Position numbers and translations under genes: made by a program. This document shows positions 26,345-35,736 of a stretch of DNA of 64,000 nt, one piece after another. The notes beneath the pieces were generated by a model, which searched no databases, was not told the DNA's origin, and worked only from the letters and a program-made list of their open reading frames with translations. The first letter of the stretch is position 1. Each line of letters starts with the position of its first letter. The stretch lies in sequence record ON529857.1, one strand, 5' to 3'.

Positions 26345-26539
26345 TCAGTCCCAGCCCAGCGCGCGGCGGGCCTCGGCGCGGGCGGCGCGACCATGCAGCG
26401 GGCGCGAGGCGACGGCCTCGCCGTCAAGGTCCATGTCGTCGAATTGGCGGGCGCGTTCGCGGCGGTCAGTCTGGCGGGCGAAGGCGGCGCGGCGGGCCTC
26501 GAAAGCGTCAACGTCATTACGGCGGAAAGTGCGGGCCAT
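26345..26539 (-). CDS. small Arg-rich hypothetical protein
   Basis: Behind cassette promoter, GGAG RBS. Confidence 0.7.
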   Translation of the reverse strand: MARTFRRNDVDAFEARRAAFARQTDRRERARQFDDMDLDGEAVASRPLHGRAARAEARRALGWD

Positions 26540-26720
26540 GTCAGGACTCCAAGGTTTCGCCTCCGGCCTATCCGGGGCTTCATCACGTTAGGGCGGGGCG
26601 TTCTGGGTGTCAACCACTTTTCTACAGAAAGATGGTTAACATTTCCGGGGCGGCTGTTAACCTTAACAGTTAAGGTTAATGCGGAGGGGTGAAAGAAAAG
26701 GGGCTTTTCAGCCCCTCCCC

Positions 26721-26951
26721 TTAGTGGCGCTTGGCTTGGGTCGCCAGCCGCAGGGCGGTTGCGCGATCAATGCGCTTGCCTTGGAAGGTGTGCGAATGGC
26801 GGGTGATGCGGCCATTCGCGCCACGGTGAACGCGGGTCATCAGTTCGCCCCCGTTGACTTGCATCGTCGTCACCGTCAGGCGGGCGGCGCGGGCGGCGAC
26901 CGTGGCGGTCGTCAGGGCAAGGCGGGCGTTCAGGTTGCGGGCGGTTTGCAT
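26721..26951 (-). CDS. small hypothetical protein
   Basis: Cassette promoter and GGAGACACCC RBS. Confidence 0.75.
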   Translation of the reverse strand: MQTARNLNARLALTTATVAARAARLTVTTMQVNGGELMTRVHRGANGRITRHSHTFQGKRIDRATALRLATQAKRH

Positions 26952-27189
26952 CGGGTGTCTCCCTGTTCCGATGACCCCAATCTAGGGGAGGGCATGGGGA
27001 GTGTCAACCGCTTTTCTGTAGAAAAGAGGGTTAACAGAATAGGCCCGTTTCGCCGGTCACGGCGAGGGCGGCGCGGTCATGGGGCGAGGCGTGACCGGCG
27101 CAGGGCGCGCCGCCGGGTCGGTCCCTGCCCCTCTCTAGGCTTGGGGAGGTCGCGGGCGACGGGGCGGCGCTTGAAAGGCCCTCGCGGGG

Positions 27190-27300
27190 GTAAAGTGAAG
27201 CGGCGTCAAGTCAAGTTCCGCGTAGGCGAAAGTGAAGCGACGTCAAGTCAAGCGCGGGGGCGAAAACCCGGCCCGGTCAAACCGGGCCGGGTCAAGGTCA
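27190..27300. repeat. CGTCAAGTC(AAG) repeat cluster A
   Basis: AAAGTGAAGCG(G/A)CGTCAAGTCAAG twice (37-bp period) plus GGTCAA copies. Confidence 0.85.
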
Positions 27301-27777
27301 GGCCGCCAAGACGCGGCGATTGACGCGATTCGCATAGGCCCAGGCGCGGCTGTCTTCCTCGGCGCGCTCATAGGCCGCCTTGGCGTCGGCGGCGCGTTGG
27401 GCGTCGAACGCCTCGCGCGGAAACGCCTTCTCGATGCGCTCGCGTTGCGTCTCGTGCCAAGGGCGCGGATCATAGACCGGCGGCGGGGCGGGCGGGGTCT
27501 TGCCGTCCAGCGTGACACGGGCGCCGTTCAGGCCGTGCGACCACATACCGCCGGGGTTGAGGTGCGCCAGCAGGTCGAGCGGGTCCATGCCTTCGGGCGC
27601 GGTCAGGGCGAGGCCGCCGCGCTTGTTCAGGGCGTGGGCCGGAAACTGGCCCGTCTCCGGGTCGCGCAGGATCAGGGCGTATTCAGCGGCGAAGCCGGCT
27701 TCATCCACGCGGCCCTTTTCGAGCAAATAGGCGTTGATGGCGGGATTGTTCTTGGCGGCCTTGGCGAGGGTCAACAT
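27298..27777 (-). CDS. hypothetical protein
   Basis: MLTLAKAAK start behind GGAGACACCC. Confidence 0.75.
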   Translation of the reverse strand: MLTLAKAAKNNPAINAYLLEKGRVDEAGFAAEYALILRDPETGQFPAHALNKRGGLALTAPEGMDPLDLLAHLNPGGMWSHGLNGARVTLDGKTPPAPPPVYDPRPWHETQRERIEKAFPREAFDAQRAADAKAAYERAEEDSRAWAYANRVNRRVLAA

Positions 27778-27921
27778 GGGGTGTCTCCGTTGCGTTGCCC
27801 CCGGTGTAGGGGATGGGCGCACAGGTGTCAACCCCTATTTTCTGGAAAATAGCCCTAGAAGATGACGCTAGGGCGTTAACCTTAACAAATCCCGACCATA
27901 GCGCCGGGGCGGCGCCTGGCC

Positions 27922-28242
27922 CTAGTGGGCGGGGAAGATCACCCGCCCTTGAGGCGTCACATCGTAATCCCACGCGGCGAACAGGGCGGCTTCGGCCAGC
28001 GCGTCCTCGCGCGACATCGATGCGGCGGCCTCGGCGGCTTCCACCGCGTCAATGTCCGCCAGTTCCTCGGCGTAGGCGTCGGGATCGCCGTAGCCGCAGG
28101 GACGGTTGGGGCGGTTGGCGAGCCACGCCTCGGCCTCGGCGAGGGTGATGCGGCCCATGGACGGGCGCGAGCCGTAGTCGTTCTTGTAGAGGTCCGAGTA
28201 GAGGCTAAGGACCGATTCTTCGTGGGTCGGAGCGGGGAACAT
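27922..28242 (-). CDS. hypothetical acidic protein
   Basis: MFPAPTHEE start behind GGAGAGAC; SDLYKNDYGSRP motif. Confidence 0.7.
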   Translation of the reverse strand: MFPAPTHEESVLSLYSDLYKNDYGSRPSMGRITLAEAEAWLANRPNRPCGYGDPDAYAEELADIDAVEAAEAAASMSREDALAEAALFAAWDYDVTPQGRVIFPAH

Positions 28243-28561
28243 GGCGTCTCTCCGGCGGGACCATCCCGCCACATGAGCAATCTAGCAAAGAGAAGTTAAC
28301 AAGAGGTAAACGCCGGGAGGTTTTCTGGCGAAAAATCGGCGCGGGTCCCCGACTTGAATCGGGCAGGGTCCCCGGATCGATTCCGGCGGGTTCGTCGCAA
28401 GTCAGGGCGCCGCCGATGCGCCGGGTCGATTCCCACTCATGGCGCATGAGCAGGCCCGTTCCGATCAGTTGCGGGTGTTTGTGGATCGGCTCGCCACACG
28501 CCGTTACGGCGGTTTTACCGCCCGGCGCAACCGCGCCGAGCAGGTGAATCTTCAACGCCAT
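28205..28561 (-). CDS. hypothetical protein; C-terminal part runs through repeats and next promoter
   Basis: ATG 1 nt after ArfA-like stop; TACG...WES....LTC N-terminal part plausible. Confidence 0.5.
   Translation of the reverse strand: MALKIHLLGAVAPGGKTAVTACGEPIHKHPQLIGTGLLMRHEWESTRRIGGALTCDEPAGIDPGTLPDSSRGPAPIFRQKTSRRLPLVNFSLLDCSCGGMVPPERRHVPRSDPRRIGP
28279..28311 (-). promoter_or_regulatory. CtrA-box-type promoter on minus strand
   Basis: TTTA-CCTCTTG-TTAA (N7) then 9 nt then GCTAGATT; replaces the TTGACA promoter for 27922..28242. Confidence 0.55.
28328..28400. repeat. AATCG-N-GGGTCCCC repeat cluster A
   Basis: Two full and one degenerate copy, ~23-bp period. Confidence 0.75.
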
Positions 28562-28562
28562 G

Positions 28563-28673
28563 TCAGCGCCCCTTGCGGGTGTAGGAACCCTTACCCTTAC
28601 GGGGACGAACCACGCGGGGGCGATAGGCCGGGGTGGCGAGGGCGGCGGCGGCCGGGTTTTTCTTGGGCTTCAT
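28563..28673 (-). CDS. arfA: ArfA-like alternative ribosome-rescue factor (36 aa; not in ORF track)
   Basis: MKPKKNPAAAALATPAYRPRVVRPRKGKGSYTRKGR aligns with E. coli ArfA [27 protein letters not shown]; own promoter and GGAGACACCCC RBS. Confidence 0.75.
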   Translation of the reverse strand: MKPKKNPAAAALATPAYRPRVVRPRKGKGSYTRKGR

Positions 28674-28740
28674 GGGGTGTCTCCGTTGAAAGCGAAGTCA
28701 CCTTTAAAGGAAGAGAGGTTGACTGTCAACCCCTCTTCAG

Positions 28741-29094
28741 TCAGGGCAGGCGCGCCGGGTTCAGCTTCAGCGAGCGGAGGCGAATCGACAGGGCGCCTTT
28801 GGCCGGGCTTCGCGTCGACTTCTCCAGCTTGCCCGTCTTGGCCTTGCAGCAGGGGCAGGCCTTGGCTTGGGTCGGCAGGACGTGGCCCGCCAAGGGGTCC
28901 AGCGTTCCGCGCACAGACAGGGTCAGGGCGAGCCCTTGCAGGGAGGTCAACGCGCCCGAGCGGCGGCGGCGCAGGTCGTCATGAACCGTCAGGCCCGCCG
29001 CAAGCCGGTTGGGCCGCGTTACGGCCACAGTCGAGGTGGAAACGCGGTATCCGCCCGGCAAGAGGCCGCGTGTGTCGGGGATATAGCGGCGCAT
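28741..29094 (-). CDS. hypothetical basic protein with CPCC
   Basis: 117 aa, 2 nt after upstream stop. Confidence 0.6.
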   Translation of the reverse strand: MRRYIPDTRGLLPGGYRVSTSTVAVTRPNRLAAGLTVHDDLRRRRSGALTSLQGLALTLSVRGTLDPLAGHVLPTQAKACPCCKAKTGKLEKSTRSPAKGALSIRLRSLKLNPARLP

Positions 29095-29096
29095 GG

Positions 29097-29606
29097 TCAG
29101 ACCGTCAGCGCGTCGCGCGCCGCCGTCAGTTGGTCGATCAGCATATCCAGACGCCGCACGGCCTCCGCGCCCGAATCACAACCTTCCTTGGCGTCCAGTT
29201 CCACCATGACGGCGGTAAAGATGGTGTCGCCGTAGTGTGGCGCGTCGGCCAGGGTGCGAATCCATGACAGTTCACCTTCACAGTAGGCGGAGGCGAATTC
29301 GCACTGCCACGGCGACAGGGGCGAGGCGGGCAGAATCGCGCCCAGAATTTGCGGCCCGAGGTCGTCAGCGACGCGCAGGATTTGGAAGCGGCCCGCCATG
29401 CCGTCGTCATAGGCGAGTTGCAGTTCCTTGGCGAGTTGATAGGCGAACTGTTCGCCGGTCGCCGAACCTTCAGCGACCCCCAGAACGGCCTCGTCGTCGC
29501 CTATATCGCGTTGCATCAGCACGATCGCGTGATACTCGCTAGGGCTGGCGCGGAAGGACGCCAGAGCGTCCAGCGGGGCGATGAAGGGTGTGAGTTTTTC
29601 AGTCAT
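29097..29606 (-). CDS. hypothetical protein
   Basis: MTEKLTPF start behind cassette RBS. Confidence 0.75.
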   Translation of the reverse strand: MTEKLTPFIAPLDALASFRASPSEYHAIVLMQRDIGDDEAVLGVAEGSATGEQFAYQLAKELQLAYDDGMAGRFQILRVADDLGPQILGAILPASPLSPWQCEFASAYCEGELSWIRTLADAPHYGDTIFTAVMVELDAKEGCDSGAEAVRRLDMLIDQLTAARDALTV

Positions 29607-29756
29607 CGGGTGTCTCCGTTGTCGGTCCCTCCCTTCTAGCGGGGCGGGCGGAGGTGTCAACCTCTTTTTCTCACTTAATCTAGCGTTAAGGTTAATGCGA
29701 GCGGGCCGCAAAAAGGGGCGTCGCCAGTCCGGCGCCGCCCAGTCTTGCACCTTGTG

Positions 29757-30023
29757 TTAGCGGCCTTGAGCCGCCCGGCGGCGCCAGTCCGCGACCGCCT
29801 CCGGCAGGTTGGAGAAATAGCCGCCCTTGTGGTAGCCGCCCAAGTCGTCATTGCGCCAATGCGTGACGAAGGGGTGGCCCGTGTTGTCGGGAAGGTGGCG
29901 CAGGACGACGGCGCCCTTGCACAGGCCGCGACCGCCCGGAGTCTTGGACTCCAGCAGGGTCACGCGCTTGGAGGGATCGGCGGCGGCAAGGGCCTCTTGG
30001 GCCTGGGTCAGATAGTCAGCCAT
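29757..30023 (-). CDS. hypothetical protein
   Basis: HPFVTHW...GGYHKGGYF..L.EAVADW motif; cassette RBS. Confidence 0.75.
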   Translation of the reverse strand: MADYLTQAQEALAAADPSKRVTLLESKTPGGRGLCKGAVVLRHLPDNTGHPFVTHWRNDDLGGYHKGGYFSNLPEAVADWRRRAAQGR

Positions 30024-30178
30024 GGGGCGTCTCCGTTGTTGACGCCCTAGAACTAAAACAGGGCGGCGGGACTGTCAACATCTCTTTTACAGAAAAGAGG
30101 GTTAATGCGCGAGGGTGTTTCGTTAACCTTAACGCCGGGCGGACGCGATGCGCCCCGGCGCTAGGCCGGGGCGTCGCC

Positions 30179-30469
30179 CTAGAGCGGGTGCAGGCAATGC
30201 CACAGGGCGTTAGGGACTTCCTCCCCAGCGGACACGGCGGGGAAGTCCGTCGAACCGCCTTCCGGGCCGTAATGAGGCAGGGAGCAGGGCGGAAGGTCGC
30301 CCATGAGGCGGATACGATAGAGCGGCACGTCAGCGAACGGGGGGTTTTCCACCAGTCCCAGAACCTCGGCGGTGACGCTCCCGTTCATGTAATAGGGCTC
30401 ATAGGTTACGATCTGGCCCGGCTTGAAAGTGGTGTTCTCCGGGGTGCGGACGGGGGCGAGCGCCGTCAT
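30179..30469 (-). CDS. hypothetical protein (SH3-like)
   Basis: FKPGQIV...AEVLG...YRIRL pattern. Confidence 0.6.
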   Translation of the reverse strand: MTALAPVRTPENTTFKPGQIVTYEPYYMNGSVTAEVLGLVENPPFADVPLYRIRLMGDLPPCSLPHYGPEGGSTDFPAVSAGEEVPNALWHCLHPL

Positions 30470-30472
30470 GGC

Positions 30473-30652
30473 TTAGAACCCCTCGGCGATGGCGGCGGCC
30501 TGCCGCAGATGCTGTTCCCCCAGCTTGCGCAGGGCGACGCGCAGCAGACGCCACGCCTCTTTGCGGTTTCCGGCCAGGGCGGCGGCTTCGGCCCGGCGCG
30601 CGAAGTGCATCTTGGACTTGCGAGCGAGGCGGACGGCTTTGCGGTTGGTCAT
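30473..30652 (-). CDS. small basic helical protein (paralogue of 55197..55409)
   Basis: HFARRAEAAALAGNRKEAWR vs YFARRAEEAALAGDRDEAHR. Confidence 0.75.
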   Translation of the reverse strand: MTNRKAVRLARKSKMHFARRAEAAALAGNRKEAWRLLRVALRKLGEQHLRQAAAIAEGF

Positions 30653-30804
30653 CGGGCGTCTCCGTTTCGATGCCCAAGGTGTAGGGGATGGGCGCGGTGG
30701 TGTCAACATCTCTTTTATAGAAAAATGGTTAACACCCGGTGGGGGTTTGTTAAGGTTAACGCAGGGCGGGCAGGCCGCCGCCCGGCGAACCGGGCGGCGG
30801 GGGA

Positions 30805-31227
30805 TCAGTCGGCGGGGCGTCCCGTTCGGATGCAGTCGCGGGCCTGTTGCAGCGTGTAGCGGGTCAGCCACAGGCGGCCCGCTTCGTCGTCGCTGGCCTC
30901 CGGCGTCAGGCCGGGAAGGCGCGACAGGCGGGCGGCGTTGGCGCACAGCATCTCAGACGGTAGAAGCGCGGCGCACAGAGCCTTGAGCGTTCCCACGTCC
31001 AAACCGTTATAGCCGTCGCCCGCCTTACGGATGACGGCGGCGGCGCGGGCGATCTGCCCCAAAATCGGCAGGACGGCGGACGCCTCTTCCATGGCGGCTT
31101 GCGTTAGTTCGATCAGGTCCGCCGCGTCGTCGTCGCCGTGGGACGCGGCGTCATACCAGATATCAGCGCCCGCCCCCTTGTCGAGGGCGGCGCCGAGGTC
31201 CAGCGGGATCGAGCGGCGCTCGCCCAT
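30805..31227 (-). CDS. hypothetical protein
   Basis: TAATG overlap with upstream gene. Confidence 0.7.
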   Translation of the reverse strand: MGERRSIPLDLGAALDKGAGADIWYDAASHGDDDAADLIELTQAAMEEASAVLPILGQIARAAAVIRKAGDGYNGLDVGTLKALCAALLPSEMLCANAARLSRLPGLTPEASDDEAGRLWLTRYTLQQARDCIRTGRPAD

Positions 31228-31511
31228 TAGACCGCCTCCCAGCCGGTTTCCGCGTTGTCGTTTTGGACGACTTGCAGTTGCAGCGCCGAATCATAGTTCG
31301 GGGTGAAGGGGCCGAGAATCCGCAAGGTGGCCTCTTCGATCTCCTCTTCGGTGAAGCCGTGTTCGCCAGAGCAGAAGAAGGCGGCGGCCTGTTCCCCGGC
31401 GGCGGTGGCGTCGGGGTTGCCCCCTTCCTCATACCACACTTCGTCAGAGGCCAGGCGCCCGCCGTTCGCGTCGAGCAGGTGGACGACAAAGAAAAAGGCT
31501 TGGGTTTGCAT
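31227..31511 (-). CDS. hypothetical acidic protein
   Basis: MQTQAFFF start behind cassette RBS. Confidence 0.75.
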   Translation of the reverse strand: MQTQAFFFVVHLLDANGGRLASDEVWYEEGGNPDATAAGEQAAAFFCSGEHGFTEEEIEEATLRILGPFTPNYDSALQLQVVQNDNAETGWEAV

Positions 31512-31663
31512 CGGGTGTCTCCGTGTTGATGCCCAAGGTGTAGGGGATGGGCGCGGAGGTGTCAACACCTCTTTTTCACGGAAAAGGGTTAACGTCGCGA
31601 GGGTTTTGTTAAGGTTAACGCGAACGGTTCGCAGCGCGCCGCCCGGCGAACCGGGCGGCGGGG

Positions 31664-31819
31664 TCAGGCTTGCAGGGCGTCGCGGATCAGCCGCTTGATC
31701 CCGTCGAGGGTGTCGGCGCGCAACCGTTGCCCGTCCGGGGCGGTGGCGGTCCAGCGGATTCCGCTGGCGTTCAGGTCGGCGGGGTGAATGAACACCCCGC
31801 GATATTGCTTCATCTTCAT
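31664..31819 (-). CDS. small hypothetical protein (not in ORF track)
   Basis: MKMKQYRGVFIHP...RADTLDGIKRLI, 51 aa, ATGA overlap. Confidence 0.6.
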   Translation of the reverse strand: MKMKQYRGVFIHPADLNASGIRWTATAPDGQRLRADTLDGIKRLIRDALQA

Positions 31820-32241
31820 GCCGTCACCTCCGCCGGGGCGCGAATCATATCGGCGAGCAGGTCAATCGCCTTGTTGACGACCGGCAGGGAATAGACGCAG
31901 AACTCGCCCAAGGTGACGACTTGCGCCGACTGCCACAGATAGGCGCGCAGATTGGCGCGGCGCTCGCCGTTCGCGGGCTTTTCGGTGGTGATGAAAATCG
32001 TGGCGCCTAGCGCCGGGTAGTCGTGAAACCCTGACGGGAATCGGGTGCCGAAACCGCGCATGGCGTTCTTGTCGAACCAATAGCCTCGACGGCGCCGGGC
32101 GTAGTCGCGTTCGATATTGGCGAGGCAGTTGCTCGAACCGGTGAAGGCCGGGCCTTCGTGCGGGGCGGGGGATTGCGCGGCCAGGGCGGCTTGCAGGTCG
32201 CTAAGGGCGGCGGCGGCGAGGCGTTGGGCTTGCGTGGACAT
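31816..32241 (-). CDS. hypothetical protein
   Basis: MSTQAQRL start; GYWFDKNAMRGFGTR motif. Confidence 0.75.
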   Translation of the reverse strand: MSTQAQRLAAAALSDLQAALAAQSPAPHEGPAFTGSSNCLANIERDYARRRRGYWFDKNAMRGFGTRFPSGFHDYPALGATIFITTEKPANGERRANLRAYLWQSAQVVTLGEFCVYSLPVVNKAIDLLADMIRAPAEVTA

Positions 32242-32390
32242 GAGGCGTCTCCGTTTCGATGCCCAAGGTGTAGGGGATGGGCGGGAAGGTGTCAACACCC
32301 TTTTTCTGTAATAATACGGTTCACGCTTGTTAAGGTTAATGCGACCGGAACGCATGACCCGCCCGGCGAACCGGGCGGGGTGATGCAGGG

Positions 32391-32711
32391 TCAACCGATC
32401 AGGCGAGTCTTAAGCGTCGCGCGGCCTTCCGGCGTCAGTTTGGCGCGTTGAGTGCGGAGGAAGGTCAAGGCGTTCTCATAGCTGGCGACCCGGCCCGCAT
32501 ACTGGCGTTCCAACCACTTGAGCGGGGCCGGGTATTGCGAGGCGTAAAAGGCCACGCGGCCCGGCGTGATGCGTGGAAACAGCTTGGCGCGGGCTTCCTT
32601 GATCGAGGTCGCGCCCGGCGCGGGCAGGGAGGCGACCACGCGGCCCTTGCGGAGAATATGAGCCGTATTCAGTTCCGGCGCATAGGCGTGGCGTTCAAGA
32701 GCGATTTTCAT
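32391..32711 (-). CDS. hypothetical basic protein
   Basis: MKIALERH start behind cassette RBS. Confidence 0.75.
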   Translation of the reverse strand: MKIALERHAYAPELNTAHILRKGRVVASLPAPGATSIKEARAKLFPRITPGRVAFYASQYPAPLKWLERQYAGRVASYENALTFLRTQRAKLTPEGRATLKTRLIG

Positions 32712-32864
32712 CCGGTGTCTCCGTTGCGATGACCAAGGTGTAAGGGATGGGCGGGAACGTGTCAACCTCTTTTTATTGTGAAGAGGGTTAACGCCGGAAA
32801 GTGATTTGTTAAGGTTAACACGGCGCGGGTGGAGGAAACCGCCCGGAGAACCGGGCGGCGGGGA

Positions 32865-33374
32865 TCAGCGCGCCTTGCGGGCGCAATGCGCCTCATATTC
32901 GAAGCCGCTCATGATGACGGGCGGGTCGTCGTGATTGGCCTCCGCCGATTCGCGCGCTTCATTCCAAGCGTCGTCACGCATGGCGTCGCGGCCTTCGTCG
33001 CTGTCTTCATAGTCGTCGGAATCCAGCGTGACGGTGATTCGGCCCGAGACGTAGGGCGCCGTTTCGGGCGCTTCCGGGTCGCGGATGAACGCCCGATAGG
33101 TCGAGGGTTCGCCGCCGTTCTCATATTCTTCGCCGTCCCCGCCGTCCTGCAAATAGGCTTCGGCGGCGGCGGGATCATCGGCGCGGTCCGTAAGGAAGGC
33201 GTTACGCAGGAAGTCGATACGCGACGACGGCGTGAGGCTGCAAACGTGCGTCGCCTCGCCTTCGCAGAACAGATAGAGGCCGAACACCGGCGAGCCGGCC
33301 AGGGCGGGCGGAAGGTTCCAATATTGCGTCTCTTCAACCGCTAGGGCGCGGAAGTGAAATTCGACTTGGGCCAT
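32865..33374 (-). CDS. hypothetical acidic protein
   Basis: MAQVEF start behind cassette RBS. Confidence 0.75.
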   Translation of the reverse strand: MAQVEFHFRALAVEETQYWNLPPALAGSPVFGLYLFCEGEATHVCSLTPSSRIDFLRNAFLTDRADDPAAAEAYLQDGGDGEEYENGGEPSTYRAFIRDPEAPETAPYVSGRITVTLDSDDYEDSDEGRDAMRDDAWNEARESAEANHDDPPVIMSGFEYEAHCARKAR

Positions 33375-33518
33375 GAGGTGTCTCCGTTTCGATACCCAAG
33401 GTGTAGGGGATGGGCGGGAGAATGTCAACACCTCTTTTTCAGAAAATGTCGGGCAAGGTTTTGTTAAGGTTAACGCGACGGGGACGCGGAACGCCCCGGC
33501 TTCGCGCCGGGGCGTGGG

Positions 33519-33788
33519 TCATCCGTCAGACCGGGGGTGCGCCAGATAGTCGAGAACCGAACCACCTTCGCAATCCGCTTCGGGGCAATGCAGGCGCATC
33601 GACCATGTAAAGCGCGGCGTCTGGTCGTCGCCGTCTTCGCCCGGCGCGATCCCGACGACGTGCGACACGTCTTCGCGATCCATCCAGCGATTGGCGGCGA
33701 CGACTTCCGCCGTCGTCAGGCTGGAGGCGTCGCCGTTGATCAGATAGGGCGCCCACGCTTCCGGGCCGGTTATGGTGACGAACCTCAT
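33519..33788 (-). CDS. hypothetical protein
   Basis: MRFVTITG start, ATGA overlap; WAPYLINGDASSL motif. Confidence 0.7.
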   Translation of the reverse strand: MRFVTITGPEAWAPYLINGDASSLTTAEVVAANRWMDREDVSHVVGIAPGEDGDDQTPRFTWSMRLHCPEADCEGGSVLDYLAHPRSDG

Positions 33789-34123
33789 TGGACACCTGCG
33801 ATGATCGACATATCGCCGTAGAACTTGCCGCCGTAAGCGATCAAATCCGATTCGGCGTAAAGGTGCCAGTCGATCCACCGGCGGTCGTCGCCGTCCACCG
33901 TGAAGCCCATGCCGTTGCTGACGCCGCGCGCCTCCCAATCGGCGAACACTTCGGGGAAAGCCGCCTTGAACGCCTCGCGTTCCATGGCGAACTTCACATC
34001 GCACAGATAGGTGATGTGGACATAGCGGAAGGGGCCGATAGTCGGGCCTTCAAACCCAAAATCGTCCATCTCCTGATCGACCGAATCGCGGCCGTGGAAA
34101 AGTCGGATATGCACGTCAGCCAT
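33785..34123 (-). CDS. hypothetical protein
   Basis: LFHGR....EMDDFGFEGP..GP; YGGKFYGD. Confidence 0.75.
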   Translation of the reverse strand: MADVHIRLFHGRDSVDQEMDDFGFEGPTIGPFRYVHITYLCDVKFAMEREAFKAAFPEVFADWEARGVSNGMGFTVDGDDRRWIDWHLYAESDLIAYGGKFYGDMSIIAGVQ

Positions 34124-34221
34124 GGGGTGTCTCCGTTGTTGGCCCTCTTGTTGTAGAGCCGGGGCGGGAGAGTGTCAACACCTCTTTTTCAGAAAAAGGA
34201 TTAACAGATTCCGGGCGGGCA

Positions 34222-34248
34222 TTAACCTTAACTCCGCGTTAAGGTTAA
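34222..34248. promoter_or_regulatory. palindromic double box TTAACCTTAA-N7-TTAAGGTTAA containing a canonical CtrA site
   Basis: Also at 49713-49739, 53039-53065, 53736-53762, 55499-55525; single N7 site at 26263. Confidence 0.7.
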
Positions 34249-34296
34249 CGCGAGCGGCTCGCAGAACACCGCCCGGCGAACCGGGCGGCGGGGAGA

Positions 34297-34551
34297 TCAG
34301 GCGGCGGGCGGCGCCGGGATCGGATAGCGGGCGGCGAGGTCTTTGGCCGTCCATGCGTCCGGGGTGTCAAGGTCGCGGTCCTCGGCGTAGAGGCGAGCGC
34401 ATTCCTGCACGGTCTCGCCGCGCTGGAGGTGATCGTCATACAGGCCGCGCAGTTCGGACTCGTCGGCCCCGGCGTCGCGGTAGTCGATGCCGTAGCCCGC
34501 CAGCAGGGCGGCGTTTGCGGCGGCGAGCCAGAGTTCAAAGGTGGGATACAT
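34297..34551 (-). CDS. small hypothetical protein
   Basis: Single-gene cassette. Confidence 0.75.
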   Translation of the reverse strand: MYPTFELWLAAANAALLAGYGIDYRDAGADESELRGLYDDHLQRGETVQECARLYAEDRDLDTPDAWTAKDLAARYPIPAPPAA

Positions 34552-34763
34552 CGGGTGTCTCCGTTGTTGATGGCTCCACTCTAGGGGTTGGGCTGGAGAG
34601 TGTCAACACTTCTTTTTCAGAAAAGAGGGTTAACAGAATCCGGGACGCCGTTAAGGTTAATGCGACCCGTTCGCGTTAACCTTAACGGGCGACGGGCGGA
34701 AATGGTTAACGGGGTGTTAACCATGGGCCAGGTTCGGGGGCGGTCGCCCGCCCCCTTCCCCGA

Positions 34764-35048
34764 TCAGGCCGCTTCGATGGGCATGGACGCCATAGCGGCG
34801 TCAATGGTCGCGGTCAGGTCGGCAATCGCCGCATCATGCTTCGTCTTGCCCTTGTAGGTCTTGCCGGTGATGGCCGAGGCGCTGGCGAGCATTTTGGTGA
34901 TGGTAACGCCGCGCGTCGGGATCATGCCGCAGTCACGGTGAAGCTTGATGCCCATCCGCAGGGACTTAAGGCCGTAGAGCTTGACGGCGTCCGCGCCTTC
35001 ATAGGTGACGGCGCCGGTCTTGCTGACGGTGATGCGGTCGTTGTTCAT
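34764..35048 (-). CDS. small hypothetical protein
   Basis: Single-gene cassette. Confidence 0.75.
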   Translation of the reverse strand: MNNDRITVSKTGAVTYEGADAVKLYGLKSLRMGIKLHRDCGMIPTRGVTITKMLASASAITGKTYKGKTKHDAAIADLTATIDAAMASMPIEAA

Positions 35049-35233
35049 CGGGTGTCTCCGTTGTTGATGGCTTCACTCTAGGGGTTGGGCGGCAGGGTGT
35101 CAACACCTCTTTTTCAGAAAAGATGGTTAACGGATTCCGGTGGTTTTGTTAACCTTAACGCCGGGGCGGGTTTTGTTAAGGTTAACGCGAGCGGGTCGCA
35201 GGGCGCGCCCCGGCTAGGCCGGGGCGCCGAGGG

Positions 35234-35602
35234 TCAACCCTCAAAGCGGTCATGAACGGGGGCGATGGCGGTGTATCGGCCGCCGCCGAGGCTTTCCACA
35301 GCCTCGCCGAAACGGCTGTCGCTCGTTCCGGCATAGTTGCCGCCCATCATCAGCCAGCGCGAGTCTTTCGCGCCGGTGGCGTCCGCCGGGACGATCTTGA
35401 CCGATCCGGCGACGTTGCCCTTCACCAGATAGGCGGCGGGGGCGTCTTCGGACGGCGAGGACGGTCCAGACACATTGACGAGCGTGAGGGCGGCCACGCG
35501 GCTCGAAACGCCGCCGTTGGTGCAATCCTCCGCGTCCAGCTTCAGCAGGTCGCCGGGGCGATCCGCCGGGGCGCGGCGGTAGATGTAAACAGTCAGGCCC
35601 AT
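35234..35602 (-). CDS. hypothetical protein
   Basis: DCTNGGVSS, MMGGNYAGTSDSRF, PVHDRFE motifs of a widespread phage family. Confidence 0.8.
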   Translation of the reverse strand: MGLTVYIYRRAPADRPGDLLKLDAEDCTNGGVSSRVAALTLVNVSGPSSPSEDAPAAYLVKGNVAGSVKIVPADATGAKDSRWLMMGGNYAGTSDSRFGEAVESLGGGRYTAIAPVHDRFEG

Positions 35603-35736
35603 CGGGGTGTCTCCGTTGTTGATGACTTCACTCTAGGGGTTGGGCGGTAGGGTGTCAACACCTCTTTTGCAGAAAAGATGGTTAACGGATTCGGGTGGTT
35701 TGTTAAGGTTAACGCGACTGAATCGCAGAACGGCCT

